Shown in pieces: positions 10,208-19,884 of a stretch of 64,000 nt of DNA; the first letter of the stretch is position 1, and every line of letters starts with the position of its first letter. Both the position numbers and the translations under genes were made by a program. Location: NCBI GenBank assembly GCA_036012155.1, contig DASCOT010000236.1, positions 40,655 through 104,654 of the forward strand. Direction: 5' to 3'. Under the pieces are notes generated by a model. The model had not been told where the DNA came from and searched no databases. It worked only from the letters and a program-made list of their open reading frames with translations. This stretch comes from Acidobacteriota bacterium. GTDB lineage: Bacteria > Acidobacteriota > UBA890 > WLXD01.

Positions 10208-11581
10208 ATGGGCCAGGAAGCTCTGCCTGAGACCGACTCTTCGCCCGAGTTCCACGCCGAGCCGGCGACATCCCGGGCACAGCGAGAGGCGACCGACGTC
10301 GGCAGTGTCTTCGTGTCCAACTATCCGCCGTTCTCACAGTGGACGGCCGATCAATTGCCGGCGTACCGGAAGGCACTAGATACTCCTGCCTCCGGCGACG
10401 CCCCGCCCCTGGGGCTGTATCTGCATATCCCGTTCTGCCGCAAGCGCTGTAAGTTCTGCTATTTCCGTGTCTATACGGACAAGAACGCTGATGAGGTCGA
10501 GGTTTACTGCGATGCGATCGCCCAAGAGATCGATCGCTACGCCGGCGCCGCGGCGATCGCCGGACGCCCCTTACGGTTCGTGTACTTCGGCGGCGGAACC
10601 CCGTCCTACGTTGCCGCGAAGCACCTGCGAGAGCTCGTGACCCGGGTGCGGGCGTCGCTACCCTGGGACCAAGTCGACGAAGTCACCTTCGAGTGTGAGC
10701 CCGGCACCCTCAGTCGCACCAAGCTCGAGACCGTTCGCGAGCTCGGGATCACCCGGCTGAGCCTCGGCGTGGAGAACTTCAACGACGAGATTCTGCAGCT
10801 CAATGGCCGCGCTCACGTGAGCAAGGAGATCTTCCGTGTCCTGCCCTGGATTCGGGACCTGGCGTTCGATCAGCTCAACATCGACCTCATCGCCGGAATG
10901 ATCGGCGAGACTTGGGAGAGCTGGCGCGACACCGTGCAGCAGGCGATCGACACCCACCCGGACTCGGTAACCGTCTATCAGTTGGAGTTGCCCTACAACA
11001 CCCGCTTCTCGAAGCAGTTCCTGGAGGGCAGGTTAGCGGTGCCGCTGGCCGACTGGGCGCAGAAACGCGCATGGCACGACTATGCCATCGAGCAGCTGCA
11101 CGCAGCCGGATTCGAGATCTCGAGCGCCTACACCATGGTACGTGCCGACAAGCGATGCGACTTCGTCTATCGCGACGCCTTGTGGCAGGGGGCCGACATG
11201 TTGGGCACCGGCGTGTCCTCGTTCGGACATCTGAGCGGCATCCACGTGCAGAACACCGCGAGCTGGGGCGACTACCTCGAATCGGTAGACAGCGGCAGGC
11301 TGCCGCTCGAGCGCGCCTTTGTCACGAGCCCCGAGGACCGATTGATCCGCGAGACCATCTTGCAACTCAAGCGGGGAGCGCTCAGCCGGGCGCATTTCCT
11401 GGAAAAGTTCGGCGTCGATATTCTGGAGCGCTTCGCCCCGGCATGGGAGCGACTGCGGTCGCACCAGATGTTGCGCGTCAGCGACGACGGTGTCGAGCTG
11501 ACGCGGCAAGGATTGCTGCAGGCTGACGCCTTGTTGCCGGAGCTCTACGACGAGCGTTATCGCGACGCTCGGTACACGTAG
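10208..11581 (+). CDS. Radical SAM HemN/HemW/ChuW-family protein (coproporphyrinogen III oxidase-like)
   Basis: CRKRCKFC (CxxxCxxC) radical SAM cluster motif, GGGTPS, HemN-like C-terminal domain; 457 aa from ATG 10208. Confidence 0.8.
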   Translation: MGQEALPETDSSPEFHAEPATSRAQREATDVGSVFVSNYPPFSQWTADQLPAYRKALDTPASGDAPPLGLYLHIPFCRKRCKFCYFRVYTDKNADEVEVYCDAIAQEIDRYAGAAAIAGRPLRFVYFGGGTPSYVAAKHLRELVTRVRASLPWDQVDEVTFECEPGTLSRTKLETVRELGITRLSLGVENFNDEILQLNGRAHVSKEIFRVLPWIRDLAFDQLNIDLIAGMIGETWESWRDTVQQAIDTHPDSVTVYQLELPYNTRFSKQFLEGRLAVPLADWAQKRAWHDYAIEQLHAAGFEISSAYTMVRADKRCDFVYRDALWQGADMLGTGVSSFGHLSGIHVQNTASWGDYLESVDSGRLPLERAFVTSPEDRLIRETILQLKRGALSRAHFLEKFGVDILERFAPAWERLRSHQMLRVSDDGVELTRQGLLQADALLPELYDERYRDARYT

Positions 11582-11594
11582 TCGGGGCGAACCG

Positions 11595-12890
11595 ATGAGC
11601 CGCCGCGCGACCGGCAATGCCGCTGCGATGGTCATCATGCCGGTGGCCGCACTGCTGACGACTCTGACCGGCACGACGCCGCGACACCAGCCGGGTTACC
11701 TGGCCGAGGCCGCCGCGCAGAGGTCGGGCCCGGCGCACGACTGGCCCCAGTTGCGAGGTCCGAATGCCGACGGCATCTCGCCACAGACCGGCCTCCTGAC
11801 CACCTGGCCCGAGTCGGGGCCGCGCGAGATCTGGCGAGTGCCCCTCGGCAAGGGGTTTTCAGGGATCTCCGTTGTCGGCGAGCGCGCCTTCACGATGTTC
11901 GGGCGAGGCGGCACGTACCTGGGGACCTTCGATACGGCGACCGGCGACGAGTTGTGGCAGCTTCGCATCGACGAGATGTACCGCAACAGCTCGGGCGATG
12001 GGCCGCGATCCACTCCGACAGTCGACGACGGCACCGTCTACGTGATCAGCGGACGGGGGATCATCGCCGCAGTGGACGCCGAGACAGGTGCCACGAGGTG
12101 GCGGCACAATCTGCGCGAGGAGTATCGTGCGGCAGGGCCGAACTGGGGTTTCTCCGCCTCGCCCAAGGTGTACGGCAACCTAATCCTCGTCGAGGCCGGT
12201 GCGCCCGACGCAGCGTTGTTGGCGTTTGACAAGCGTACAGGCGAGGAAGTTTGGCGAGCCACGGGAGATCCGCCAGGGTATTCAACGCCACTGCTGGTGC
12301 AGATCGGCGGTCTACCACAAGCGGTCTTCTTCACCGGCCGTCGCATCGCCGGTGTGAATCCCAGTAGTGGTGCGCTCCTGTGGGATATGCCTTGGGAAAC
12401 TACATTCGGCGTCAACGCGGCAACGCCGGTCTTCGTACCGCCCGATAAGATCTTCGTTTCCTCCGGCTACGGCGTCGGCGCGGCTTTGCTTCGCGTCGTC
12501 CCGGGTAGCGCCGGCGGGGTGGAAACCGTGTGGCGCACCCGCGAGATGAAGAACCAGTTCAGCAGCTCCGTGCTGGTCGACGACTATATCTACGGCTTCG
12601 ACAACTCTATGCTGGAGTGCATCGAGTTGAGCCGGGGTGAGAGGATGTGGCGGGCACGCGGGCACGGACAAGGCTCATTGCTGTACGCAGATGATCACCT
12701 GATTGTCTTGGGTGACCGCGGCTCATTGGCGCTCGTCAAGCTCAGTCCCGGGGAGTACCTCCAGGTCTCAAGGGCGCAGGTGTTCCGCGGCCGGACTTGG
12801 ACTGCACCTACACTGGCAAACGGAGTCCTGTACCTACGCGATGAGCAGGAGCTCGTGGCTCTCGAGATCACCGAGGCGACGATTTCCTGA
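11595..12890 (+). CDS. Secreted PQQ-repeat (BamB-like) beta-propeller protein
   Basis: Signal peptide; repeated PQQ-like blades (GTVYVISGRGIIAAVDAETGATRWRH etc.). Confidence 0.75.
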   Translation: MSRRATGNAAAMVIMPVAALLTTLTGTTPRHQPGYLAEAAAQRSGPAHDWPQLRGPNADGISPQTGLLTTWPESGPREIWRVPLGKGFSGISVVGERAFTMFGRGGTYLGTFDTATGDELWQLRIDEMYRNSSGDGPRSTPTVDDGTVYVISGRGIIAAVDAETGATRWRHNLREEYRAAGPNWGFSASPKVYGNLILVEAGAPDAALLAFDKRTGEEVWRATGDPPGYSTPLLVQIGGLPQAVFFTGRRIAGVNPSSGALLWDMPWETTFGVNAATPVFVPPDKIFVSSGYGVGAALLRVVPGSAGGVETVWRTREMKNQFSSSVLVDDYIYGFDNSMLECIELSRGERMWRARGHGQGSLLYADDHLIVLGDRGSLALVKLSPGEYLQVSRAQVFRGRTWTAPTLANGVLYLRDEQELVALEITEATIS

Positions 12891-12983
12891 ACGAAACAAC
12901 CGAGAGAAAACGGCGGTGCGTTGCGCACCGTCACCGGCGAAGCTGATCCCCGACCCTGGAATCCGATCGTGCGCATCTTGAAG

Positions 12984-15095
12984 ATGACCCTGTGTGCCCT
13001 GTTCTTGGCGGTTCCGATGGCCGCTGTCGCCCAGGCCCCGTCGGCGGACGAGCCAGAGCAGCTGCTGCCGCTCCGCGCTACGGAGTTCATCTTCGTGGAG
13101 GGAAGCCTGCCGCTGGTGCCAACCGCCAATACGATCGCGTCGAAGCTCCCACTGCCGCTTCGCCTGACCCCGAACAACGTCGGCATGGTCACCGCGGCGC
13201 TCTTCGGTGAACAGCAGGCAAACGTTCTCGGCGACGCGCTGATCAACGTCAGCGGTATCAACACCCAGCCCGGGTTCGGCGGCGTCCACGATTTCTTCGT
13301 CGCGCGCGGCTTCGATTCCATCAGCAGCAGCCTGATACTCACCGACGGAGCCCCCGAGCCCGAGGCCACGTTTTACCAGCTCTACAACGTCGAGTTGGTC
13401 GAGGTTCTGAAGGGTCCCGGCGGTTTTCTGTACGGCAGCAACCCGTTGGCCGGGACGGTGAACCTGGTACGCAAGCAGCCGTTTGCCAACAGCGGGCTCC
13501 GTATCAGCACATCGGGAGGCAGCTTCTCGACCTTCGACGGTACGATCGACGCCAACCATGGCACCGCCGATGGGCGCGTCGCGTTCCGCGTCAACGCCCT
13601 GGTGCGTGGTTCCTCCGGGTACCGCGACAATCGTGATAGCAACGCGACGGCGGTCAACCCGGCGCTGACCTGGCAGCTGGCAGATGGGCACTCGCTCAAC
13701 GCCAACTTCGAGTACGCCCGCGCCGACTTCAGCCCCGAGGCCGGAATCCCTCTGCTGTTCAACGAAGCACCGCCCGTACGGCTGGAGAACGACTACAACG
13801 CCGCCAGCGACCGGTCGGAGCAGAATGTCTACCGCTTCCAGCTCGACTACGAAGGTCGTCTCAGCGATAGCGTGCGGATCCGCAACAAGCTCTACTACCG
13901 TGGCCTCGACTGGCTGTCGGACGGCACCTTGCTGGTCGGCGCCTTTCCCGAGGTCTCGCCGGCGTTCGTGCCCACCGGCCGAACGATCGTGGCGCGCTCG
14001 CAGATCCAGCTCGACGATCAGCAGTCGCTGTTGGGTAACCAGTTCGAAGCTATCTTCGACTTCGATACCGGCGACGTGCACCACAGCCTGCTGACCGGCA
14101 TCGAGACCTCGCGCTACGCCGACGAGTTCGCGCTCGATGCTTTCCTGCTCGCCTCGGTAGACCTGTTCGAACCGGTTGAGCCGGGCTCGATGCCGATTCC
14201 CCTGGGAAGCCAGGGCGCTGGAGATGCACGCAGCATCGTGATCGCTCCCTGCGCGATCGACCAGATCACCTTCGCGGACCGGCTGCAAGTTCTCGCTGGC
14301 GCCCGCCTCGACAACATCGATTTTGACGATCAGCGAACCGGACGGTCGAGCAACAGCAGCAAGCTGTCGCCGATGCTTGGAGCAGCGTGGGCAGCGAACG
14401 ATGAGGTATCGATCTACGGCAACTACTCGCGCTCCTATGCGCCGCCGTCACCGCGGGCCTTCGAGGATCTCGTACCCGAAGAAAGCGAACAGGTGGAGCT
14501 TGGCATCAAGCTACGCATCCTCGACGGTCGCGCGCAGGCGACCGCCGCAGTCTATCGCCTAGTCCGCGACAATATCGCGATTCCCGACGACAACGGGTTC
14601 ACACAGCAGATCGGCAATCAGCGCTCGTCGGGCTTCGAGCTCGAACTCGCCGCCGAGCCAGGACGCGGCTTCCGCGGCGTCGTATCGTACGCGTACAACG
14701 ACGCCGAGCTGACAGAGTTCGCCGAGCGTATTACTGGTTTTAGTCCGTTCGGTGTGCCCTTCGAACAAACGCTGGACCACTCGGGCAACCGCCCGGCATT
14801 CGCTCCCGAGCACCTGCTCAACGTCTGGGTCAGCAAGACTCTCGATAGTGGGCTCGGGATCAGCCTCGGCGCCCGCTACATCGGCAACCAGTTCATCGCC
14901 GAAGACAATGCCTTCAACATCGACGAGGCGCTCATCGTCTCGGGCGCGCTGGCCTACGACTGGTCGCGCTACCGGATCAGCGTCAACGTGCAGAACCTCG
15001 CCGACTCAGCCTATTTCGTTCGTGGCTTTGGATCTCAATCGATCACGCCGGGGACCCCGGTAGCTGCGACCCTGCGTCTTGGCTACGAGTTTTGA
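12984..15095 (+). CDS. TonB-dependent outer-membrane receptor
   Basis: Signal peptide, plug domain (GV...VARGF, LKGPGGFLYGSNPLAGTVNLV), long beta-barrel, C-terminal aromatic residue; ORF 12921..15095 with likely start MTLCALFLAV. Confidence 0.85.
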   Translation: MTLCALFLAVPMAAVAQAPSADEPEQLLPLRATEFIFVEGSLPLVPTANTIASKLPLPLRLTPNNVGMVTAALFGEQQANVLGDALINVSGINTQPGFGGVHDFFVARGFDSISSSLILTDGAPEPEATFYQLYNVELVEVLKGPGGFLYGSNPLAGTVNLVRKQPFANSGLRISTSGGSFSTFDGTIDANHGTADGRVAFRVNALVRGSSGYRDNRDSNATAVNPALTWQLADGHSLNANFEYARADFSPEAGIPLLFNEAPPVRLENDYNAASDRSEQNVYRFQLDYEGRLSDSVRIRNKLYYRGLDWLSDGTLLVGAFPEVSPAFVPTGRTIVARSQIQLDDQQSLLGNQFEAIFDFDTGDVHHSLLTGIETSRYADEFALDAFLLASVDLFEPVEPGSMPIPLGSQGAGDARSIVIAPCAIDQITFADRLQVLAGARLDNIDFDDQRTGRSSNSSKLSPMLGAAWAANDEVSIYGNYSRSYAPPSPRAFEDLVPEESEQVELGIKLRILDGRAQATAAVYRLVRDNIAIPDDNGFTQQIGNQRSSGFELELAAEPGRGFRGVVSYAYNDAELTEFAERITGFSPFGVPFEQTLDHSGNRPAFAPEHLLNVWVSKTLDSGLGISLGARYIGNQFIAEDNAFNIDEALIVSGALAYDWSRYRISVNVQNLADSAYFVRGFGSQSITPGTPVAATLRLGYEF

Positions 15096-16369
15096 TGTCT
15101 CCCAAGGCTGATGCCTACGACGTCATCGTCGTTGGTGGTGGCCCGGCAGGTTCGACAACTGCAACGTTGACGGCGGACGGTGGGCGCCGCGTGTTGCTAC
15201 TCGAGCGCGAGCAGTTCCCCCGTTTTCGCATCGGCGAATCGCTCATGCCGGCCACGTACTGGACGCTCGAGCGCCTCGGAGTACTGGAGCAAATGAAGCG
15301 CAGCTACTTCCCCCATAAGCACTCGGTGCAGTTCTTCGCCAGGAGCGGTCGCGCATCGGTGCCCTTCTACTTCTCCGAGACGGAGCCGGGGCCGAGTGCC
15401 CAGACCTGGCAAGTGGACCGTAGCGACTTCGACCAGATGCTGTTGAACAACGCCCGTGAGCACGGCGTGGAAGTGCACGAGCGAGCTCGCGTCACGGATG
15501 TGTTGTTCGACGGCGCGCGCGCCCGTGGTGTCGAGGCGCGCTTCGCTGACGGATCGACCCATCGCCTCGATGCCACCGTTGTGGTCGACGCCACCGGACA
15601 ATCCGCCCTGCTGGCCAAGCGCCTCAAGCTCCGGCAGGTGGATACGAACCTGATGAACTGCTCTTTCTTCACGCGCTACAGAGGTGGATGGCGCGGCGAG
15701 GGCGTTGACGAAGGCGCCACCCTGATCTTCTACACGAGCCAGCCGCGCACGTGGTTCTGGTACATCCCGCTGCCGGACGGGGTTGTCAGCGCCGGCGTCG
15801 TGGGACCGATCGAACGACTCACCAAGGGCCGCGCTAACACCCCGCAGCAGGTCTACGATGAGGAGGCTGCCGATTGTCCGGCGCTCCTGGAGAGAATCGC
15901 CGGCGCCGAGCAACTGCACGACGTACGAGTTCTCAAGGATTTCTCATACGCTAGCCATCGGGTAGCAGGAGACGGCTGGCTGCTGGTCGGCGACGCCTTC
16001 GGCTTCATCGATCCGATCTACTCCTCGGGGGTGTTCCTGGCACTCAAAGGTGCCGAGTTCGCCGCCGAGTCGATCCTCGACGCGTTCAATCACGAGGACA
16101 TCTCGGCCGAACGGCTCGGGCAACACGGCAAGGAGTTCCTTCAGGGCGTCGAAGCGATGCGCAAGCTCGTCTACGCCTACTACTCGGAAGAGTTCAGCTT
16201 CCCGGAGTTCCTGGAGCATTACCCCGACATGAAGGACGACCTGGTGAACCTGTTCATCGGCAACGTATACAGAAAAAATGTCGGCCGACTGCTAGAGTCG
16301 ATGGAGGAATTCTGCGCGTTGCCGGCGTATGAGCCCTTCACACTTCAGGAAACTACCAGCGACCGTTAG
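15092..16369 (+). CDS. FAD-dependent oxidoreductase, flavin-dependent halogenase-like (tryptophan-halogenase family)
   Basis: GGGPAGS dinucleotide-binding motif, GDAFGFIDPIYSSGV, and WFWYIP (WxWxIP) halogenase hallmark; 4-nt overlap with TBDR gene. Confidence 0.75.
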   Translation: MMSPKADAYDVIVVGGGPAGSTTATLTADGGRRVLLLEREQFPRFRIGESLMPATYWTLERLGVLEQMKRSYFPHKHSVQFFARSGRASVPFYFSETEPGPSAQTWQVDRSDFDQMLLNNAREHGVEVHERARVTDVLFDGARARGVEARFADGSTHRLDATVVVDATGQSALLAKRLKLRQVDTNLMNCSFFTRYRGGWRGEGVDEGATLIFYTSQPRTWFWYIPLPDGVVSAGVVGPIERLTKGRANTPQQVYDEEAADCPALLERIAGAEQLHDVRVLKDFSYASHRVAGDGWLLVGDAFGFIDPIYSSGVFLALKGAEFAAESILDAFNHEDISAERLGQHGKEFLQGVEAMRKLVYAYYSEEFSFPEFLEHYPDMKDDLVNLFIGNVYRKNVGRLLESMEEFCALPAYEPFTLQETTSDR

Positions 16370-16419
16370 GGCCACCCGGAGCAACAAGCGCCAAAGCCAT
16401 TGAGAAACGGTCCGACGAG

Positions 16420-16647
16420 GTGCGCATGAGTGGCAACCGCTTGAAACTGTACGGCCTCCTGGTGCTCCTCTATGTGCTCCACACAGATTGGTGGCTCTGG
16501 AGTGACGGTCGTGTCCGGTTCGGGCTCCCCATGGGGCTGCTGTACCACCTTGCCTACATGTTGGCGACAGCGGTGGTGATGTACATGCTCGTCAAGCAAG
16601 CATGGCCAAGCCACCTCGAAATCGATGATGCCGGAGACGATCGATGA
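16420..16647 (+). CDS. DUF3311-like small membrane protein (SSS-symporter-associated)
   Basis: 75-aa two-TM protein immediately upstream of and overlapping an SSS symporter, the typical DUF3311/SSS pairing. Confidence 0.5.
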   Translation: MRMSGNRLKLYGLLVLLYVLHTDWWLWSDGRVRFGLPMGLLYHLAYMLATAVVMYMLVKQAWPSHLEIDDAGDDR

Positions 16648-18113
16648 CACTGGCCATCATCGCTGCCTACATGGTGGTCGTGCTGTCGATCGGAGCCTTC
16701 AGCCACCGTCTGTTCCAACGTACCGGCGAGGACTACTTCCTCGCCACGCGAAGCATTGGTCCGTTTGTTCTGCTGATGTCGCTGTTCGGGACCAATATGA
16801 CGGCATTCGCCCTGCTCGGAGCGTCCGGCGAGGCTTACCATGCGGGAATCGGCGTGTTCGGCTTCATGCCGGCGATATCCGGCCTGGTGATCCCGGCGAT
16901 CTTCTTCTTCATCGGCACGCGTGCTTGGGCGATCGGCAAGCGCCACGGCTACGTCACCCAGGTGCAATTCTTTCGCGACCGTTGGGAATCGGATGCCCTC
17001 GGCCTGCTGCTGTTCGTGGTGCTGGTCGGTCTGGTCATCCCCTACCTGCTCATTGGCGTGATGGCAGGCGGGGTGACGCTCAACCAGGTGACCGGAGGCG
17101 ACGTTCCCGAGTGGGTCGGCGGGCTGGTCATCTGTATCGTCGTGCTGAGCTACGTGACCTTCGGGGGCCTGCGTGGAACCGCTTGGGTAAACACCTTTCA
17201 GACCATCGTCTTCATGATCCTCGGCGCCGCCACCGTCCTCGTCGTATTTCGCAACATGGGTGGCCTTGGCGTGGTGATGAGCAGGATCGGCGCCGAGGCA
17301 CCAGAGCTGTTGGTACGCGAAGGCAACTTCTCGCCGATACGCTGGCTCACCTACTCGTTGATCCCCCTCTCGCCGGCAATGTTCCCGCACATGTTCATGC
17401 ACTGGCTGAGCGCCAAGCGCTTGGAGAACTTCCGGCTCACGGTGATGGTGTACCCACTCTGCATCGCGGCAGTTTGGCTGCCACCGGTGTTGCTCGGAAT
17501 CGCCGGCAGGCTCGACTTTCCGGGCCTGGTCGGTGGGCAATCGAACTCCATCCTCGTGCGGATGATCACCATGCACGCACCGGGGGTCCTCGCTGGGCTC
17601 CTCGCTGCCGGCGTGTTCGCCGCGGTGATGTCGTCGCTCGACTCGCAGGTGTTGTCGCTGGGGACGATGTTCACCGAGGACATCGTGCGCCACTACGGCC
17701 ATGCCGACGGCCTCACGGATCGGCAGCAGATCCTCTCCGGCCGGTTGTTCGTGGCAGGAATCCTGGCGTTTACCTACACGCTGTTCTTGTTCTCGAACCG
17801 GAGCATCTTCGACCTGGCGACATGGTCGTTCACCGGTTTCGCGGCGTTGGCACCGATCGCGGTCAGCGCGCTGTTTTGGCGGCGCAGCACCAAACAGGGC
17901 GCCACCGCCTGCGTTGGCACGGTAGTGGTCCTGTGGAGCTACTTCTTCTACCAGGGATGGGGCGACCGGACCTACACCGTCGGCGGAAGCGGTGTCATGG
18001 CCGTGGCGGTCATTCTGGCGGCATCCAGCGTGGCGATGGTGGTCGTATCTTTGCTGACCAAGCCTCCCGACGATGAGCACGTCAACCGCTTCATCGCGCC
18101 ACCGGCCGGCTAG
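16644..18113 (+). CDS. Sodium:solute symporter (SSS) family transporter
   Basis: 489-aa polytopic membrane protein with SSS family features (DYFLATRSIGPF..., GG-GTAWVNTFQ). Confidence 0.85.
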   Translation: MTLAIIAAYMVVVLSIGAFSHRLFQRTGEDYFLATRSIGPFVLLMSLFGTNMTAFALLGASGEAYHAGIGVFGFMPAISGLVIPAIFFFIGTRAWAIGKRHGYVTQVQFFRDRWESDALGLLLFVVLVGLVIPYLLIGVMAGGVTLNQVTGGDVPEWVGGLVICIVVLSYVTFGGLRGTAWVNTFQTIVFMILGAATVLVVFRNMGGLGVVMSRIGAEAPELLVREGNFSPIRWLTYSLIPLSPAMFPHMFMHWLSAKRLENFRLTVMVYPLCIAAVWLPPVLLGIAGRLDFPGLVGGQSNSILVRMITMHAPGVLAGLLAAGVFAAVMSSLDSQVLSLGTMFTEDIVRHYGHADGLTDRQQILSGRLFVAGILAFTYTLFLFSNRSIFDLATWSFTGFAALAPIAVSALFWRRSTKQGATACVGTVVVLWSYFFYQGWGDRTYTVGGSGVMAVAVILAASSVAMVVVSLLTKPPDDEHVNRFIAPPAG

Positions 18114-18140
18114 CCGATCGTGTACCGCGCGGCACACTAG

Positions 18141-19439
18141 ATGCGGATCGCCTACATAACGGCCGGCGCGGCAGGGATGTACTGCGGCAGCTGTCTGCAT
18201 GACAACACGTTGGCGGCGGCGTTGCAGAAGGACGGACACGAGGCCGCGCTGGTCCCCATGTACACCCCCATCCGTACCGACGAGGACGACGTGAGTATCG
18301 ACCGCGTCTTCTATGGTGCGGTCAACGTATACTTGGAGCAGCGCTGGAAGTTCTTCCGGCACAGCCCCGCCATCCTGCACTGGCTACTCGATCGACCGGC
18401 CCTGCTCAGAAACGTCTCGCGCCTGGCGGGATCAAGCGCCACCCAGGGTAAAGAGCTCGGGGCACTGGCCTTGTCGGTGCTACGCGGCGAAGACGGCCGT
18501 CAGCGAAGCGAGCTCGAACGTCTGGTCGCGTGGCTACGCGATGACTTCAAGCCGCAGATCGTTCACATTACCAACGCTTTGTTGCTGGGCTTGGCGCGGA
18601 CGCTCAAGCGCGAGCTTCAGGTGCCAGTGCTATGCGGCGTGCAGGGGGAGGACCTCTTCATCGACGAGATGGTGGAGCCTTACAGGACGCGTTTCGTAGC
18701 GGAGCTGCGAACGCACGCCATCGATGTCGACGGGTTTCTGGCACCGAATCGCTACTACGCCGACCATGTGCGGAGCTACCTGGCGACGTCAGCCGAGAAA
18801 ATTCGCGTAGTGCCCCTGGGGATCACCCTGCCGGGGCACGAGATGCGGATTCGGTCTGCCGACGAGCCGTACACGATCGGCTTCCTTGCCAGGCTCTGTC
18901 CGGAAAAAGGACTGCATCGGCTGGTTTCGGCCTTCAGCCAGTTGGCGGGACGCGAGACACACCCAGACGTGCGCTTGCGTGTTGCCGGGTACATGGCTGC
19001 GCGCGACGCCGCGTACGTCGACGAGCAGCAACGTCTTATAGCCGACTGGGGGCTGGCCGACCGTGTCGATTGGATCGGCGAGGTCGATCGCGATGCCAAG
19101 ATGCGATTCCTGAGCTCGATCGACGTGCTGTGCCTTCCGACAGTCTACCGAGAGTCGAAGGGGTTGCCCGTGCTGGAGGCAATGGCCAGCGCCGTGCCGG
19201 TGATCGTACCGGCACACGGCAGTTTTCCGGAGTTGATCGAATGGACCGGCGGCGGGGTACTGGTGGATCCGGAGGGGAATGAGGCGCTGGTAGATGCGCT
19301 CAGCGCGTTGATGCGCGATCCTGAGCGAGGCCAGGAGCTCGGCCGGACTGGCCGCCAGGCAGTCCACCGTGAGTTCTCGGCCGAGGCCATGGCTGCAGCA
19401 ACGCTGCGCGAGTACGAGCGCTGGGTATGCACGAGCTGA
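18141..19439 (+). CDS. Glycosyltransferase family 4
   Basis: C-terminal GT4 core (ESKGLPVLEAMASAVPVIVPAHGSFPELIE) with the conserved E-x7-E region. Confidence 0.8.
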   Translation: MRIAYITAGAAGMYCGSCLHDNTLAAALQKDGHEAALVPMYTPIRTDEDDVSIDRVFYGAVNVYLEQRWKFFRHSPAILHWLLDRPALLRNVSRLAGSSATQGKELGALALSVLRGEDGRQRSELERLVAWLRDDFKPQIVHITNALLLGLARTLKRELQVPVLCGVQGEDLFIDEMVEPYRTRFVAELRTHAIDVDGFLAPNRYYADHVRSYLATSAEKIRVVPLGITLPGHEMRIRSADEPYTIGFLARLCPEKGLHRLVSAFSQLAGRETHPDVRLRVAGYMAARDAAYVDEQQRLIADWGLADRVDWIGEVDRDAKMRFLSSIDVLCLPTVYRESKGLPVLEAMASAVPVIVPAHGSFPELIEWTGGGVLVDPEGNEALVDALSALMRDPERGQELGRTGRQAVHREFSAEAMAAATLREYERWVCTS

Positions 19440-19846
19440 CGATTCAACGAAAAGTCGAGTTCTCAGACACCGACATGGCCGGTATCGTGCATTTCTCTCG
19501 GCTGATCGTGTTCATGGAGAATGCCGAGCACGCCTTCATCGAGGCCCTCGGTGCGAGCGTCCACATGGACCACGACGGCATTCGTCTCGGCTGGCCGCGG
19601 GTCGCAGTCGAGGCACAGTTCAAGTCGCCGGCGCGCTTCAACGACGTGGTCGACATCCACCTGCGCGTGCTGAGCAAGAAGAGCAAGGCAATAACGTACG
19701 GGTTCTCGATTCGCGTTGGCGAGCGTCTCGTCGGCACGGGCTCGATGACCTCGGTGTGCTGCGCAATGGAGGAATCGGGTCCACGGGCCATCGAGATCCC
19801 GGCGTTCATTGCGGATCAAATCCAGGAAGCCGGGAGCATCGAATAG
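19427..19846 (+). CDS. Hotdog-fold acyl-CoA thioesterase (4HBT/YbgC-like)
   Basis: 139-aa protein, EFSDTDMAGIVHFSRL N-terminal catalytic region typical of 4HBT thioesterases; overlaps GT4 stop. Confidence 0.7.
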   Translation: MHELTIQRKVEFSDTDMAGIVHFSRLIVFMENAEHAFIEALGASVHMDHDGIRLGWPRVAVEAQFKSPARFNDVVDIHLRVLSKKSKAITYGFSIRVGERLVGTGSMTSVCCAMEESGPRAIEIPAFIADQIQEAGSIE

Positions 19847-19884
19847 AAGTCCACCAGCCCGGCACGAGGGTACGGAGAGGTCGG

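Noticed and set aside
12834-14288. 484-aa ORF on minus strand
   Set aside because: Antisense shadow of the TonB-dependent receptor gene in a GC-rich genome; translation is low-complexity Arg/Gly/Asp-rich
16554-18380. 608-aa ORF on minus strand
   Set aside because: Antisense to the well-supported SSS symporter; composition typical of GC-rich shadow ORFs
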